Part shown: one piece after another, positions 1 to 9,167 of the stretch | Position numbering within the stretch: position 1 is the first letter of the stretch | Layout: every line of letters starts with the position of its first letter | DNA from: Candidatus Asgardarchaeum abyssi | Lineage (GTDB): Archaea > Asgardarchaeota > Asgardarchaeia > Asgardarchaeales > Asgardarchaeaceae | DNA length: 34,853 bases | NCBI GenBank assembly: GCA_040225955.1 | Contig: JBECUL010000020.1 | Location: forward strand, 1 to 34,853 | Reading direction: 5' to 3' | Program-made: the position numbers and the translations under genes | Notes under the pieces: model-generated | What the model saw: only the letters and a program-made list of their open reading frames with translations | Told to the model about the DNA's origin: nothing | Database searches by the model: none

Positions 1-338
1 GCTAGCATCACCTGCTGTTTGAGGGCTTGATTAATTGCTTCAATAGCATCGGTAATCGAAATTTTCTTCATGTACTCCGAGAGCTTATATAGCGGCGGCA
101 GCTCAATTTTCTTTTTTATTTCGATGCCGTTTATTGATACTGCATGATTTTGCAGATGGTTGAGAGCGGATGTGAAGCTACTTCGATGAATTGCTGCGGT
201 CACAAGGCATATCAAGAGGCCAAAGGCAGTATATCGTGTAGCATTAAGACTTGTCCTGAAAAGCTCAATGAATGGGTTGAACGATTCTCTAAGTATATGA
301 TTAACTACCGAATCGCGGCTCACAAATAGTTGTCTCAT
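1..338 (-). CDS. Partial ORF (MRQLFVSRDSVVNHILRESF...), possibly the N-terminus of an ISH3/IS4-like transposase
   Basis: Hand translation: ATG at 338, open for 112 codons to the window edge; not in the supplied ORF track. Helical N-terminus loosely like ISH3 transposases; the catalytic part would lie outside the window. Confidence 0.45.
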   Translation of the reverse strand, partial: MRQLFVSRDSVVNHILRESFNPFIELFRTSLNATRYTAFGLLICLVTAAIHRSSFTSALNHLQNHAVSINGIEIKKKIELPPLYKLSEYMKKISITDAIEAINQALKQQVML

Positions 339-422
339 AAGTGCGATACTGAAAAATATTCTAAAAAAGTTTACGAGAGTGCCTTATAAGAGCGAGTTGA
401 GTGGCGGTATATTCGATGAGAG

Positions 423-1620
423 CTATCTACAAGTAGTCGCTACATTACTGTCGTGATCCTTCTCTATGAGCTCAGGTAGTTCTCGCATCCGCATTCCAAA
501 GCCAATCGCAAAGTTGATTCTTTGCTGTAACTCATTTGCTAGCATGTGATTAGCGCGAATTACATCGCCTTCATACAGAATGAGTTCGTTCTTACCTAAT
601 ATAGCTTCTTCTTTCAGAAGTCTCTTATATTTATCGAGTGCATCGTTATCATCTACGAAATGATCCCACCTAATAATAAGCGTATACTGCTTTTTGTTAT
701 ACACGAAGTGAACGTGTACTATCCCGCGCATATCGGGATTGTGGAATTGACGAATTACAATAGAATCCTTGGAATATTCTCTAATCGCCGAGTATATCCT
801 TGGAGAGTCGTCCTGCAGAAAGATAAGTCTGCTGTGAAATTTCGGTTTTTATCGATTTAAGGAAATTGAGAGCATCCTTGATGCTGCGTATATTTTCACC
901 TCTAGCCAAGTATATCGACACTTTACCGTGGTTCACCTTAATTAGGATTACCGCAGTCTCACCGAAGAAGGTCGTATCGATCGATATAAGCACGTACTTT
1001 TTTAACCTTACAAGGGTCTTTATGAGACTAATAAAATTATTGTCTATTCGTCTTTTCATTGTTTTGGGATCGACACTGCTGATGAAACGCTTCAGTTCGT
1101 TTCTCGAAACACCCAAGAGTGAAGCAATTGATGAGTTTGATAAGCCGTATCGAAACATGGCTACGGCTTTTACCAGCAAAATGTATCTGAAGATGCGTTT
1201 TTCTAATGATGTGTTCTCAGTGAAGTGCTTTCCGCATTTTGAGCAGATGTACTGGTGGATGTATGCTTTGGTGTATCCATTCGGCTTTCCCGGTGCTCCG
1301 CAGACCGGGCAGTGCATTACAGGGGTATTAGCGTTTCTCAAATACTTACCCGAACTTGGCTTGCGAGGGTCTATTTTCGGGATTCCGATGATTTCGTATT
1401 TTACGAATTTCCATAGGTCTCTGGCGGTTCCGAAGAATAAGACTGTCAGCACACATATAATGTTGAGGATCGGGCTGTCGATGTGCTGCAACTTTGCATC
1501 GATTTGCTCGGCGATGGAAGACGTTATTCTGGAGTAGTATTGACTATTATCGAGTTTTTGTTCAATAATCTTTAAATATTCTTCTGCGTCAATTAATGAT
1601 GATGTGTTTGTGAAGAGCAT
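423..1620 (-). pseudogene. Frameshifted transposase (IS1/IS6/IS1595-like architecture), ~398 aa if repaired
   Basis: 781..1620 has a CPVCG..CSKCG Zn ribbon, an HTH (LSNSSIASLLGVSRNEL) and a first catalytic Asp (ISIDTTFF). The +1 frame, open from 848 to 423, continues KPKFHSRLIFLQDDSPRIYSAIREYSKDSIVIRQFHN (second-Asp-like motif). Removing one A from the A5 run at 846-850 joins the two frames. Confidence 0.7.
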
Positions 1621-1627
1621 GTGCTGG

Positions 1628-1684
1628 AAAGTAGCGGGACGATGCTATAAACCTTGCGGTGTTGCAGATGACTCCCGCTACTTT
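1628..1684. repeat. 12-bp perfect inverted repeat flanking the putative transposase TATA box
   Basis: AAAGTAGCGGGA (1628-1639) pairs with TCCCGCTACTTT (1673-1684). The 33-nt spacer contains minus-strand TTTATA at 1651-1646, about 26-31 nt upstream of ATG 1620. Confidence 0.8.
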
Positions 1685-1750
1685 TCCACCAACTCTTTTT
1701 CAAGTGCCACCATAAAATAAAATAATATTATTTATATATTTATATCTAAG

Positions 1751-2662
1751 GTGTGTATCACTATGATGAAAAAAAGAGATAGAAAAATAAAAGTCATTCC
1801 CCAATCAGGTATTTTACAAAAATCTGAACTTGTTGACAAGTTTACCAATTTTCTCGTTAGATTTTCAGAAACATTATTACTCAATGATGAGGAAATTAAA
1901 GTATTGACATTTGATTCGAATTTAAGATTTTTAGAACACATTTCGAAAATTAATGATAAATTACAAAAAGAGAGCAATTTCTATTTCCCAATTGATTTTA
2001 TTGATAAGGATGTTTTCTACATCTTCGTTATTGAGCCGTTTGTACTCCTTAATTTAGAACAGATTGTTAATTTGTCTCACTCTGAGTTAAAAGTGAAAGC
2101 AGCCTTATCAATAAGTCATTTTTATCTTCATAATTCACCTGATTATTATATACTTCCAGTAACCCCTGATTGGTTTGAGCTACAACATATGTTTCAGTTT
2201 AATAAGGTTATCATTAATTCTGGTTTTTTCCTCCTATGCGATGCTGTTAGAGAGTATGAAGCAATGAGACTTGTTGTTTCTGAGTTAATAAAACACGAAA
2301 AAACACTATCTGAATTCGCTATTTCCATACTCAATACATTCATAATGAAAGACATCGTATGGCAGTTAACATATAAAAATGAGCCTTTCACTTTTGTATT
2401 CTTTATGAATATTATTAGAGAAATGTCTAAAATTGTTCCGATAATGACAATACCAGATAAAACATCTAAGCTTTTAAATCATAAGATCGACCAATTGAGA
2501 AATAAGTTATCTTATACTTTTAGAAGAAACTTTGATTGGATACTCTTTGACTTATTTTCTAGGTTTGGAAATGATACATTCAGAAATATACGCATAGCAT
2601 CAAATATCATACTGGCCCTTATTCAAGAAACATTCACGAAAATGAGATCATTTACTCTCTAA
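1751..2662 (+). CDS. Hypothetical protein, possible catalytically dead M48/zincin-like fold
   Basis: 303-aa ORF (likely start ATG 1763/1766). LSHSELKVKAALSISHFYLH and REYEAMRL resemble M48 motifs but HExxH is absent. Confidence 0.6.
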   Translation: MCITMMKKRDRKIKVIPQSGILQKSELVDKFTNFLVRFSETLLLNDEEIKVLTFDSNLRFLEHISKINDKLQKESNFYFPIDFIDKDVFYIFVIEPFVLLNLEQIVNLSHSELKVKAALSISHFYLHNSPDYYILPVTPDWFELQHMFQFNKVIINSGFFLLCDAVREYEAMRLVVSELIKHEKTLSEFAISILNTFIMKDIVWQLTYKNEPFTFVFFMNIIREMSKIVPIMTIPDKTSKLLNHKIDQLRNKLSYTFRRNFDWILFDLFSRFGNDTFRNIRIASNIILALIQETFTKMRSFTL

Positions 2663-2941
2663 AGCTTTTCTTATACCCTCTATTATTCCTTTTACAGAGA
2701 TGCCTATCATCATTATTCCTTTATGTTCGATAAGATTATGCAAATCCTCCTCTAAAGTATTAAAGTCTATCCTCCTATTTTTAAAAACTTTCTCTATTTC
2801 ATCAATACTCTCTTCTGGATGTATGAAAAAATCACCATAGATTTTAACTTCTCTGATGATGTTATTTTTTTCATCCAAATCTATTTTAAGTCTTAATAAT
2901 TTCTCTCCAATAGGCTTATAATCAAATCTTATTATGGTCAT
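2648..2941 (-). CDS. lplB: Lipoate-protein ligase subunit B (stand-alone LplA C-terminal domain)
   Basis: 97 aa with the VKIYGDFFIHPEESIDEIE motif typical of this domain; GGTG RBS upstream. Confidence 0.8.
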   Translation of the reverse strand: MTIIRFDYKPIGEKLLRLKIDLDEKNNIIREVKIYGDFFIHPEESIDEIEKVFKNRRIDFNTLEEDLHNLIEHKGIMMIGISVKGIIEGIRKALESK

Positions 2942-3140
2942 AATTGGTCACACCTAATAATTAAAAAGAACCAACACATATTAGAAGATTTCTTATATTT
3001 GTTTTATTTATTTTTAAAAATGTTTTTCAAATTAATTTCAACAAGTTTAATTAATGAAAAATAGAACTATAAAGATATAATAGAGGGTTTTATCTATTAT
3101 CTTACTAAGATGATGTACAAATAAGGACGTTCTTCTGTGG

Positions 3141-4055
3141 TTGATAAAGATGGATGATACGGACTATATTATTGGTGGTATCGTTACTATTGTTAGTGGA
3201 ATTATCTATTTCTTCCGAGATGTTATTATAAACACTAGTAACGCTCTTTCTTTGTGGATGATAGATTTCGCTGCAAAATATGGATACATTGGTGCATTTA
3301 TAATAAGTGTTGTTGGTAATGCAACTATAATTTTACCAGTTCCTTACACCTTAGTCGTTTTCGCTATTGCTGCGACAAGACAACTAAATCCTGCTGTTTT
3401 AGGAATAGTTTCAGGATTCGGTGCCGCGCTAGGTGAAGTAGTTTCGTATATTTTAGGTAGAGGAATCAGCATGGCAGAATTGGAGAGACGTTATAGTCAA
3501 AAGTTTCAAAAAATTAAACAATTGCTTGGAGAGAATACTTTTTGGGGGATTTTCATATTTGGCCTTACTCCTCTTCCTGATGATTTAATCATGGTACCTG
3601 CCGGTATAATAGGATATGATTTTAAAAAAGCTATTATTGCATGCGCGTCAGGAAAAATAATACTTAATATAATTATAGCACTTGCTGGTTTCTATAGCAT
3701 TACTATTGTAAAAGCGCTATTTGGTGATAATATCTTACTAGACATATATGTTACAATAATTGGCTTAATAGTTATATCTTATTTGACTATACGAATTGAT
3801 TGGCTATCATTAGCTATGAAAATGAAAAGATCCCCGTTTCTTATATTTCTCGAATCTATTTTTAGTTATAACACTCTTGTAAAGATATATTTGAGTTATA
3901 GAAAACACCCCTTCTACCAATTATCAACCGTTGCTATACTATTTACATCCTTTACAGTTGTAATAATTTCTCCAACATATCATGTCATGCTTGTGCTGTA
4001 TGCACTATCTCTAATATACTTAGGTGTCATTCTAGAGCGAAAATCACATAATTAA
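3141..4055 (+). CDS. DedA/VTT (YqaA-like) membrane protein with C-terminal hydrophobic extension
   Basis: Motifs PVPY, GFGAALGEVVSYILGR and LTPLPDDLIMVPAG; multiple TM segments. Confidence 0.85.
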   Translation: MIKMDDTDYIIGGIVTIVSGIIYFFRDVIINTSNALSLWMIDFAAKYGYIGAFIISVVGNATIILPVPYTLVVFAIAATRQLNPAVLGIVSGFGAALGEVVSYILGRGISMAELERRYSQKFQKIKQLLGENTFWGIFIFGLTPLPDDLIMVPAGIIGYDFKKAIIACASGKIILNIIIALAGFYSITIVKALFGDNILLDIYVTIIGLIVISYLTIRIDWLSLAMKMKRSPFLIFLESIFSYNTLVKIYLSYRKHPFYQLSTVAILFTSFTVVIISPTYHVMLVLYALSLIYLGVILERKSHN

Positions 4056-4090
4056 AAAAATTAATAACTCTTATTTTTCTCTCAAAGAAT

Positions 4091-5062
4091 ATGAAAATTG
4101 ATTGGTATAAAATATTAGCATGTCCTGTATGCAGATCAGGGCTGGAATATGTTAGTCGTTCTCCCACTAAATCCTTCCTTCGTTGTCCAAAATGTAATCT
4201 ATATTATAGGATAAAAGAGAGTGATGTTTACTTCTTAATTCCTACAAAGCATATCGATAAAGAAAAGCGAATACTAAAACAAATAGCATCTGTTTATGAT
4301 AGATATTCTTCACTTCATGACATTAGTTATCATAATCCAATGATGAGATATATGCGAAGGGTCGAAGAAGAAATACTTAATAAGTACTCTAGAAAAGGAT
4401 TAATCCTAGACCTAGGATGTGGAACAGGAAGGTATACTTCTTTTTTCCTAGAAAGAAATTGCGAGGTTGTTGCAGCAGACATCTCCTATGAAATGTTATT
4501 AAAGACAAAAGAGCGTATTACTAAACTAAATAATGTTCTTCTTGTACAAGCTGATGCGGGCTGGTTACCCTTCAAGGAAAATATATTTGATACTATTATT
4601 GCCATTTTTGGTGTTCTAAATCATACACCCCGATACAAATTCGCAATTAAACGTTTGTATGACTCCTTAAAACCAGGTGGGATTTTGATATTTACAGTAT
4701 TAAATGCTTATCGAATAAAATGGTTCTTGCATGAAATCCTAAGGTATCATAGAATAAAATGGGTTGTAAAACAAATTCTCGTACGCGATGGTTATCTCAA
4801 ATTTCCTGTTAAAGGAAGAAAGAAAAGGGTATATACTCATAGTTTTTCATATTTCGAGCTCAGAAAGCTCTTACAGAAAGCGGGGTTCAAAAAATATAAA
4901 ATTGGAAGTTCGTTTTTTATCCTAAGGCCTATGTTTATATGGAGTCGGCGAACGTGGTTATCCAAACCTGAAAAAACACTTGCTGGTTTAGAAAATAAAC
5001 TTAGATGGATATTCCCTTTTAGTGCACTTGGGTATTATTTAATCGTAGTAGCAGAGAAATAA
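4091..5062 (+). CDS. Class I SAM-dependent methyltransferase with N-terminal Trm112-like Zn domain
   Basis: N-terminal ILACPVC..CPKC..Y.I (Trm112-like); motif I ILDLGCGTG; ADIS; QADAGWLPF; LKPGG. Confidence 0.88.
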   Translation: MKIDWYKILACPVCRSGLEYVSRSPTKSFLRCPKCNLYYRIKESDVYFLIPTKHIDKEKRILKQIASVYDRYSSLHDISYHNPMMRYMRRVEEEILNKYSRKGLILDLGCGTGRYTSFFLERNCEVVAADISYEMLLKTKERITKLNNVLLVQADAGWLPFKENIFDTIIAIFGVLNHTPRYKFAIKRLYDSLKPGGILIFTVLNAYRIKWFLHEILRYHRIKWVVKQILVRDGYLKFPVKGRKKRVYTHSFSYFELRKLLQKAGFKKYKIGSSFFILRPMFIWSRRTWLSKPEKTLAGLENKLRWIFPFSALGYYLIVVAEK

Positions 5063-5115
5063 TTTTAATAGTTAAAACTTCTATATATTTACTCAAAAAC
5101 TATTTGGGTTTTAAA

Positions 5116-5397
5116 ATGAAACATAGTTTTAGATGGGTTGAAATTTGGCTCGCATTTAAACAAATTCATGATGTTTTAATGATCCGTGTTGAAGCCAAAG
5201 TTCCGACAGATGTTAATATGCCAGACAATTATACGAGAATGGGGAGAGTTGATAAGAAAGGAAATCTATTATACCACTCAGAATGGTTTAATACAATTCA
5301 CGAAGCTGAAGCTGAGGCAATAAATTTAGCACAAACACTAATATTTAATAAACATAAAACAATGTTTTTAAGAGAGCTGAGAAAGTGTACTGAATAA
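5116..5397 (+). CDS. Hypothetical protein
   Basis: Co-oriented 93-aa ORF from ATG 5116 filling the gap between two genes; no recognised motif. Confidence 0.6.
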   Translation: MKHSFRWVEIWLAFKQIHDVLMIRVEAKVPTDVNMPDNYTRMGRVDKKGNLLYHSEWFNTIHEAEAEAINLAQTLIFNKHKTMFLRELRKCTE

Positions 5398-5450
5398 CCA
5401 CTTTCAAAAAGTTTATCTACTTTTTATTGTGGTAAAAGGTAGGTGATATT

Positions 5451-6356
5451 ATGAAGGTAGACCTTATTTGCGCAGGCTGCACGTTAAACACAATAGTCAG
5501 AATACTCAACTGGACTAATTTATCAAGAGAAAGAAAGTTTGAAATTTTAAAAATAATGACTATTGATCTTGCTAAGGTGTTTGATCCTCAACAGTGTCCA
5601 GCTTTAATGTCAAATATCTTGTTCAAAAAACTTTACTCTTTAATTGGCGAAGAAGATCCATTTTCTCAAGTTAAAGAAATAAGTAATAAAATTTCATCAG
5701 AAGTTACTAAAAAGATAGAGCGTGAAATATTTTCCGAGCAAGATATAAAAATTATGATTAAAAAGGCGTTTACGGCAGCCATCGCTGGTAATATAATAGA
5801 TTATAGTAACCCATCACATAAATTTAAACTAGAAGAACTTTACGATACATATAAAGAGGTTCTCAACAAGGGATTTGTAATAGATGACTATGATCTTGCA
5901 TTGGAACTTATTTCTAAATCCAATCTAATCATGTATTTAGCAGATAATGCTGGAGAAATATTTTTTGATAGAATTCTTGTAAAGGTTTTAAAAGAGAAAT
6001 TGGGAAAAGATATCGTTTTCGTCGTACGAGGCGGACCTATATCTAATGATGCAACATATGAAGATGCGGTCAATGCTGGAATTACAGATATGGTTACTGT
6101 AATAACAACAGGAAGACCTTATTTTGGTATAGATTTTGAAGATATAGGAGAAGAGTTTTTAGATTGGTATTCGAAAGCAGACTTATTAATATCAAAAGGT
6201 CAAGCGAACTTTGAGACATTAACATACTATAAAGATAGAATAAAGAAACCTATAATTTTCCTATTAAAAGCCAAATGCTTGAATATTGCAAATAATCTGA
6301 AAGTTCCTTTAGGATCATGTATAATAAAAGTCATGTTACCGCGTGCACCAAAATAG
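5451..6356 (+). CDS. DUF89/ARMT1-like damage-control phosphatase
   Basis: N-terminal CxxC, AIAGNIIDY, YLADNAGE, PISNDAT, ISKGQANFETL, KAKC; AGGTGA RBS. Confidence 0.92.
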   Translation: MKVDLICAGCTLNTIVRILNWTNLSRERKFEILKIMTIDLAKVFDPQQCPALMSNILFKKLYSLIGEEDPFSQVKEISNKISSEVTKKIEREIFSEQDIKIMIKKAFTAAIAGNIIDYSNPSHKFKLEELYDTYKEVLNKGFVIDDYDLALELISKSNLIMYLADNAGEIFFDRILVKVLKEKLGKDIVFVVRGGPISNDATYEDAVNAGITDMVTVITTGRPYFGIDFEDIGEEFLDWYSKADLLISKGQANFETLTYYKDRIKKPIIFLLKAKCLNIANNLKVPLGSCIIKVMLPRAPK

Positions 6357-6359
6357 TTA

Positions 6360-8603
6360 TCATTCTTCTTCTTTTATGGACTTAACTGGCTGTAGTATAT
6401 TGAAGAAATCCCTTTCCATCTTTACATCATCTTTTAATTTAACTATTATTTTTGAACCAGTAAGAGTGGATGCTATAAATGACTTATCTTTTCTCCATTT
6501 GCGAAAGATTATAACCTCTCCTTTATCAAGGTTTGTTTTGATCATCGTTGGATCTCTAACCTTTAGATACATCCCCGGCTTTATATCCTTAATTGAATGA
6601 ATAGAGCCAATAGACCTAAACCAATCCCCTACGCTATATATTTTTCTAATATACTCCTCAATTGTTTCATTAACATTTTTTATCTTAATCCGCTTTCCTT
6701 CAATTCCACGTTTAGCAATTATTAAAGCAGCAACTGCGTGATCAACTAAACTTTCAGCTACAACTTTCTCTATTTTCCCGCTTCTAATTCTAAAAATAGC
6801 TTCTCTTGTCGTCATGGATTCATCAACAAAAAATACGTCTACATCCTGATTATATTTCTCAAGATATTGCTTAACAGCTTCATAGGCATATCTTGCACCA
6901 ATTCCTGAGCCGATAAATATCTTGTTCGGCGGCTCTAAATCTTTAAGGAAAACCTCTATCTCTTTTCTAATTCTCTCAATCATTTTACTTTGTGTCTTTT
7001 TATCATCAAGATTTGCTGGCAAGTTAATATGCCAGATTAGTGGAATTTCATCCGATCTAATATATGCAAAGCCTATATGTCTAGTTCCTGGATCTATACT
7101 TAGAATTCTCTCTTCAGGCACTAATTTTATAAGCTTTACCTCTGCTTTACCATGTGTTACTCGTAGAACATCATCTATAAAATCATCCAACTTCTCCGAA
7201 GGAACTAAAAAATACGCTTTTCCTCCCACATAATAAACTACCTTTATCTCATTATTAATTATGTTATGGAGATACTTCCCGATGTTCTGACTTCTTATAA
7301 CAAGCATTCTATTTGGTAGAATATTTATTAATCCTGCATTCCTTATTGCATTTCCTACAGCTTTTGCTATATCCTCTTCATGTTCTCCTTTATGTACAAT
7401 GGATATTATTCCTGTAATTCCAACTGCCTGGCATGCAGTAGATACTCCTATAATATCAATATCTTTTGCTTCGCCATCGGCTCTGTATATCTTATACTGA
7501 AGTCCTGTATAAGGAATTAATTCCACAATAGCTGTTCCACTCTTTGCAATAATTCGTTCTGCTACTGTCACCCGTTTTTTAATAGGCTCTCTAATAAGCT
7601 CAAAGAGTATATTTTCTTCCTTTAGTCTCTCTTCTAAAACTTGGTATTGAAGACTACCAATAAGTTCCACTTTCGCTGTATCCTCAGATATTTCATATTT
7701 TAGACCGATTTTATCTCTCAACTCAGAAAGAATTTGAACAAATCTATGTGAATCCTTAGCATTAAGTATTCTGATCTGACATTCAAGGACCGGATTTATA
7801 CTTTTATAGACTAGAGGATCTTTAGATATCTCTTTATCTGTAATTATCGTCCCCGGTTCTAATGGTTCTCCCTCTAAATTATAGAATCCTATATATACTA
7901 AACTGCCTGAATACGAAAAATCAATCGGTTTTTTACGAATATCAAATATCTCTTTAATTTTAAATGTATTTATCGAATCCCGACGTCTCAACACTCCTGA
8001 TACTATTTTAGCAAGGTATAATACCTTAAATCCCGTAATCTTTTCTCTTGAAACTATTATTAGCTTACTTTTTGCACGGTATCTTCTCCTTGGACGAACA
8101 TTAGTTATTATCGTATCAAGAAGTGGGAAAATACCTTTCTTAAGCTTAGCCGATGTAACAACCACAGGAATATCTTCTGGTAAGCCTCTTTCTTTAATAT
8201 CTGAGAATATTCTATTTATATTAAAATTTGGCAGATCACTTTTTGTTGCCGCTATTATAATAGGTAACTTTCTTGAAATAGCATGTTTTAGAACATATTC
8301 CGTCCAAGCTTGAAACCCTTTTATTCCAGATATAACTATAACTACCCCATCTGCAATAGAAAGTGCGAGATTTAAGGCAAACCTGAAATCGGAGTGTCCT
8401 GGAGTATCTAAGAGGTTAAGTTGCACTCCTTTATAACAAAAAGAGATTATCTTTAGATACACAGTCATTTCCTTTTGAATTTCAAATTGATAGATATCTG
8501 GAAACTTCCCAGTAATAGCTTCAATTAAAGATGATTTTCCATGGTCTACGTGTCCTGCAAATGCTATACTGAGTATCTTTGGAAACCTTTTCATACTTAT
8601 CAC
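6360..8603 (-). CDS. Translational GTPase (EF-G/LepA/RF3-like domains) fused to a YqgF/RuvX-like RNase H-fold nuclease
   Basis: G1 GHVDHGKS, G3 DTPGHSDF, G4 TKSD, G5 SAK. Domain III-like GSLQYQVLEERL and domain V-like DDVLRVTHGKA. Then ILSIDPGTRHIGFA ... VDESMTT ... VDHAVAALII. Confidence 0.8.
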   Translation of the reverse strand: MISMKRFPKILSIAFAGHVDHGKSSLIEAITGKFPDIYQFEIQKEMTVYLKIISFCYKGVQLNLLDTPGHSDFRFALNLALSIADGVVIVISGIKGFQAWTEYVLKHAISRKLPIIIAATKSDLPNFNINRIFSDIKERGLPEDIPVVVTSAKLKKGIFPLLDTIITNVRPRRRYRAKSKLIIVSREKITGFKVLYLAKIVSGVLRRRDSINTFKIKEIFDIRKKPIDFSYSGSLVYIGFYNLEGEPLEPGTIITDKEISKDPLVYKSINPVLECQIRILNAKDSHRFVQILSELRDKIGLKYEISEDTAKVELIGSLQYQVLEERLKEENILFELIREPIKKRVTVAERIIAKSGTAIVELIPYTGLQYKIYRADGEAKDIDIIGVSTACQAVGITGIISIVHKGEHEEDIAKAVGNAIRNAGLINILPNRMLVIRSQNIGKYLHNIINNEIKVVYYVGGKAYFLVPSEKLDDFIDDVLRVTHGKAEVKLIKLVPEERILSIDPGTRHIGFAYIRSDEIPLIWHINLPANLDDKKTQSKMIERIRKEIEVFLKDLEPPNKIFIGSGIGARYAYEAVKQYLEKYNQDVDVFFVDESMTTREAIFRIRSGKIEKVVAESLVDHAVAALIIAKRGIEGKRIKIKNVNETIEEYIRKIYSVGDWFRSIGSIHSIKDIKPGMYLKVRDPTMIKTNLDKGEVIIFRKWRKDKSFIASTLTGSKIIVKLKDDVKMERDFFNILQPVKSIKEEE

Positions 8604-8704
8604 TTATGATTTCTTGTTATACACAAAAAGTTTTTTATTTAATGAATCTAGAAATTTACTAAAATTAACAATTAAATACTTTTTGATTATATAATTTTTC
8701 AGTC

Positions 8705-9049
8705 ATGGTGATTTTTATGTTCTTTTTAGATAAGATCCGTAGAATATTTTCAAGACTAAGAAATAAAAAAGGTAGAGAAAGAGGAGATGTTATTGGTAGA
8801 AAGGGGGTAGCTGTTGTAGAGGCGGAAAATAGAGCCTTAGAGTTGCAAAAGATGCGTGAAAAAATAATTAGAGAACGTGCAGAGTTAAAAGAAAGAATAT
8901 TACAAATAGAAAAAATGTACGGTTCTGGCAAACTTAACTGGGCTACGAGAGAAGAGCAAGTTAAAGAAATTTTGATTAGGCTTGTTAAATTAAGACGCAG
9001 ATTGAATAAGATTGATAGGGAATTAGAAGAATTAACTGCTGTTGTTTAA
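8705..9049 (+). CDS. Small basic coiled-coil hypothetical protein
   Basis: 114 aa, K/R/E-rich heptads, amphipathic N-terminus (FFLDKIRRIFSRL). Confidence 0.7.
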   Translation: MVIFMFFLDKIRRIFSRLRNKKGRERGDVIGRKGVAVVEAENRALELQKMREKIIRERAELKERILQIEKMYGSGKLNWATREEQVKEILIRLVKLRRRLNKIDRELEELTAVV

Positions 9050-9167
9050 AAAATAATAACTAATACTTTTGTTTCTGATTTTGCTTCCATAAACATCGTT
9101 TATCAACATATTTATTTATTGTTTAACAATAATTTTATCATAAATGATTGTATTGTGAGGGATTATT

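Larger units (their letters stand above)
1..1711 (-). mobile_element. Degraded IS element (DDE transposase with Zn-ribbon/HTH N-terminus); runs off the left window edge
   Basis: Visibly higher GC than flanking DNA, with an abrupt switch to AT-rich sequence after 1711. Minus-strand end reads GGTGGCACTTGAAAAAG (candidate terminal repeat). Contains transposase-like ORFs. The other end is not in the window. Confidence 0.7.

Noticed and set aside
846-850. Programmed -1 frameshift as in IS1/IS3
   Set aside because: The required shift is +1 and the run is only A5; an insertion mutation or homopolymer sequencing error is more likely.
866-1537. 223-aa plus-strand ORF and the many other antisense ORFs in the track (e.g. 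6922-7233, 12534-12911, 20649-21065, 26449-26937, 33922-34296)
   Set aside because: They are shadows of well-supported genes on the opposite strand, with no motifs of their own.
6360-8603. SelB, EF-2 or IF2 call
   Set aside because: G1/G4 resemble SelB, but the downstream domains are EF-G III/V-like plus YqgF; the layout matches none of the canonical factors.
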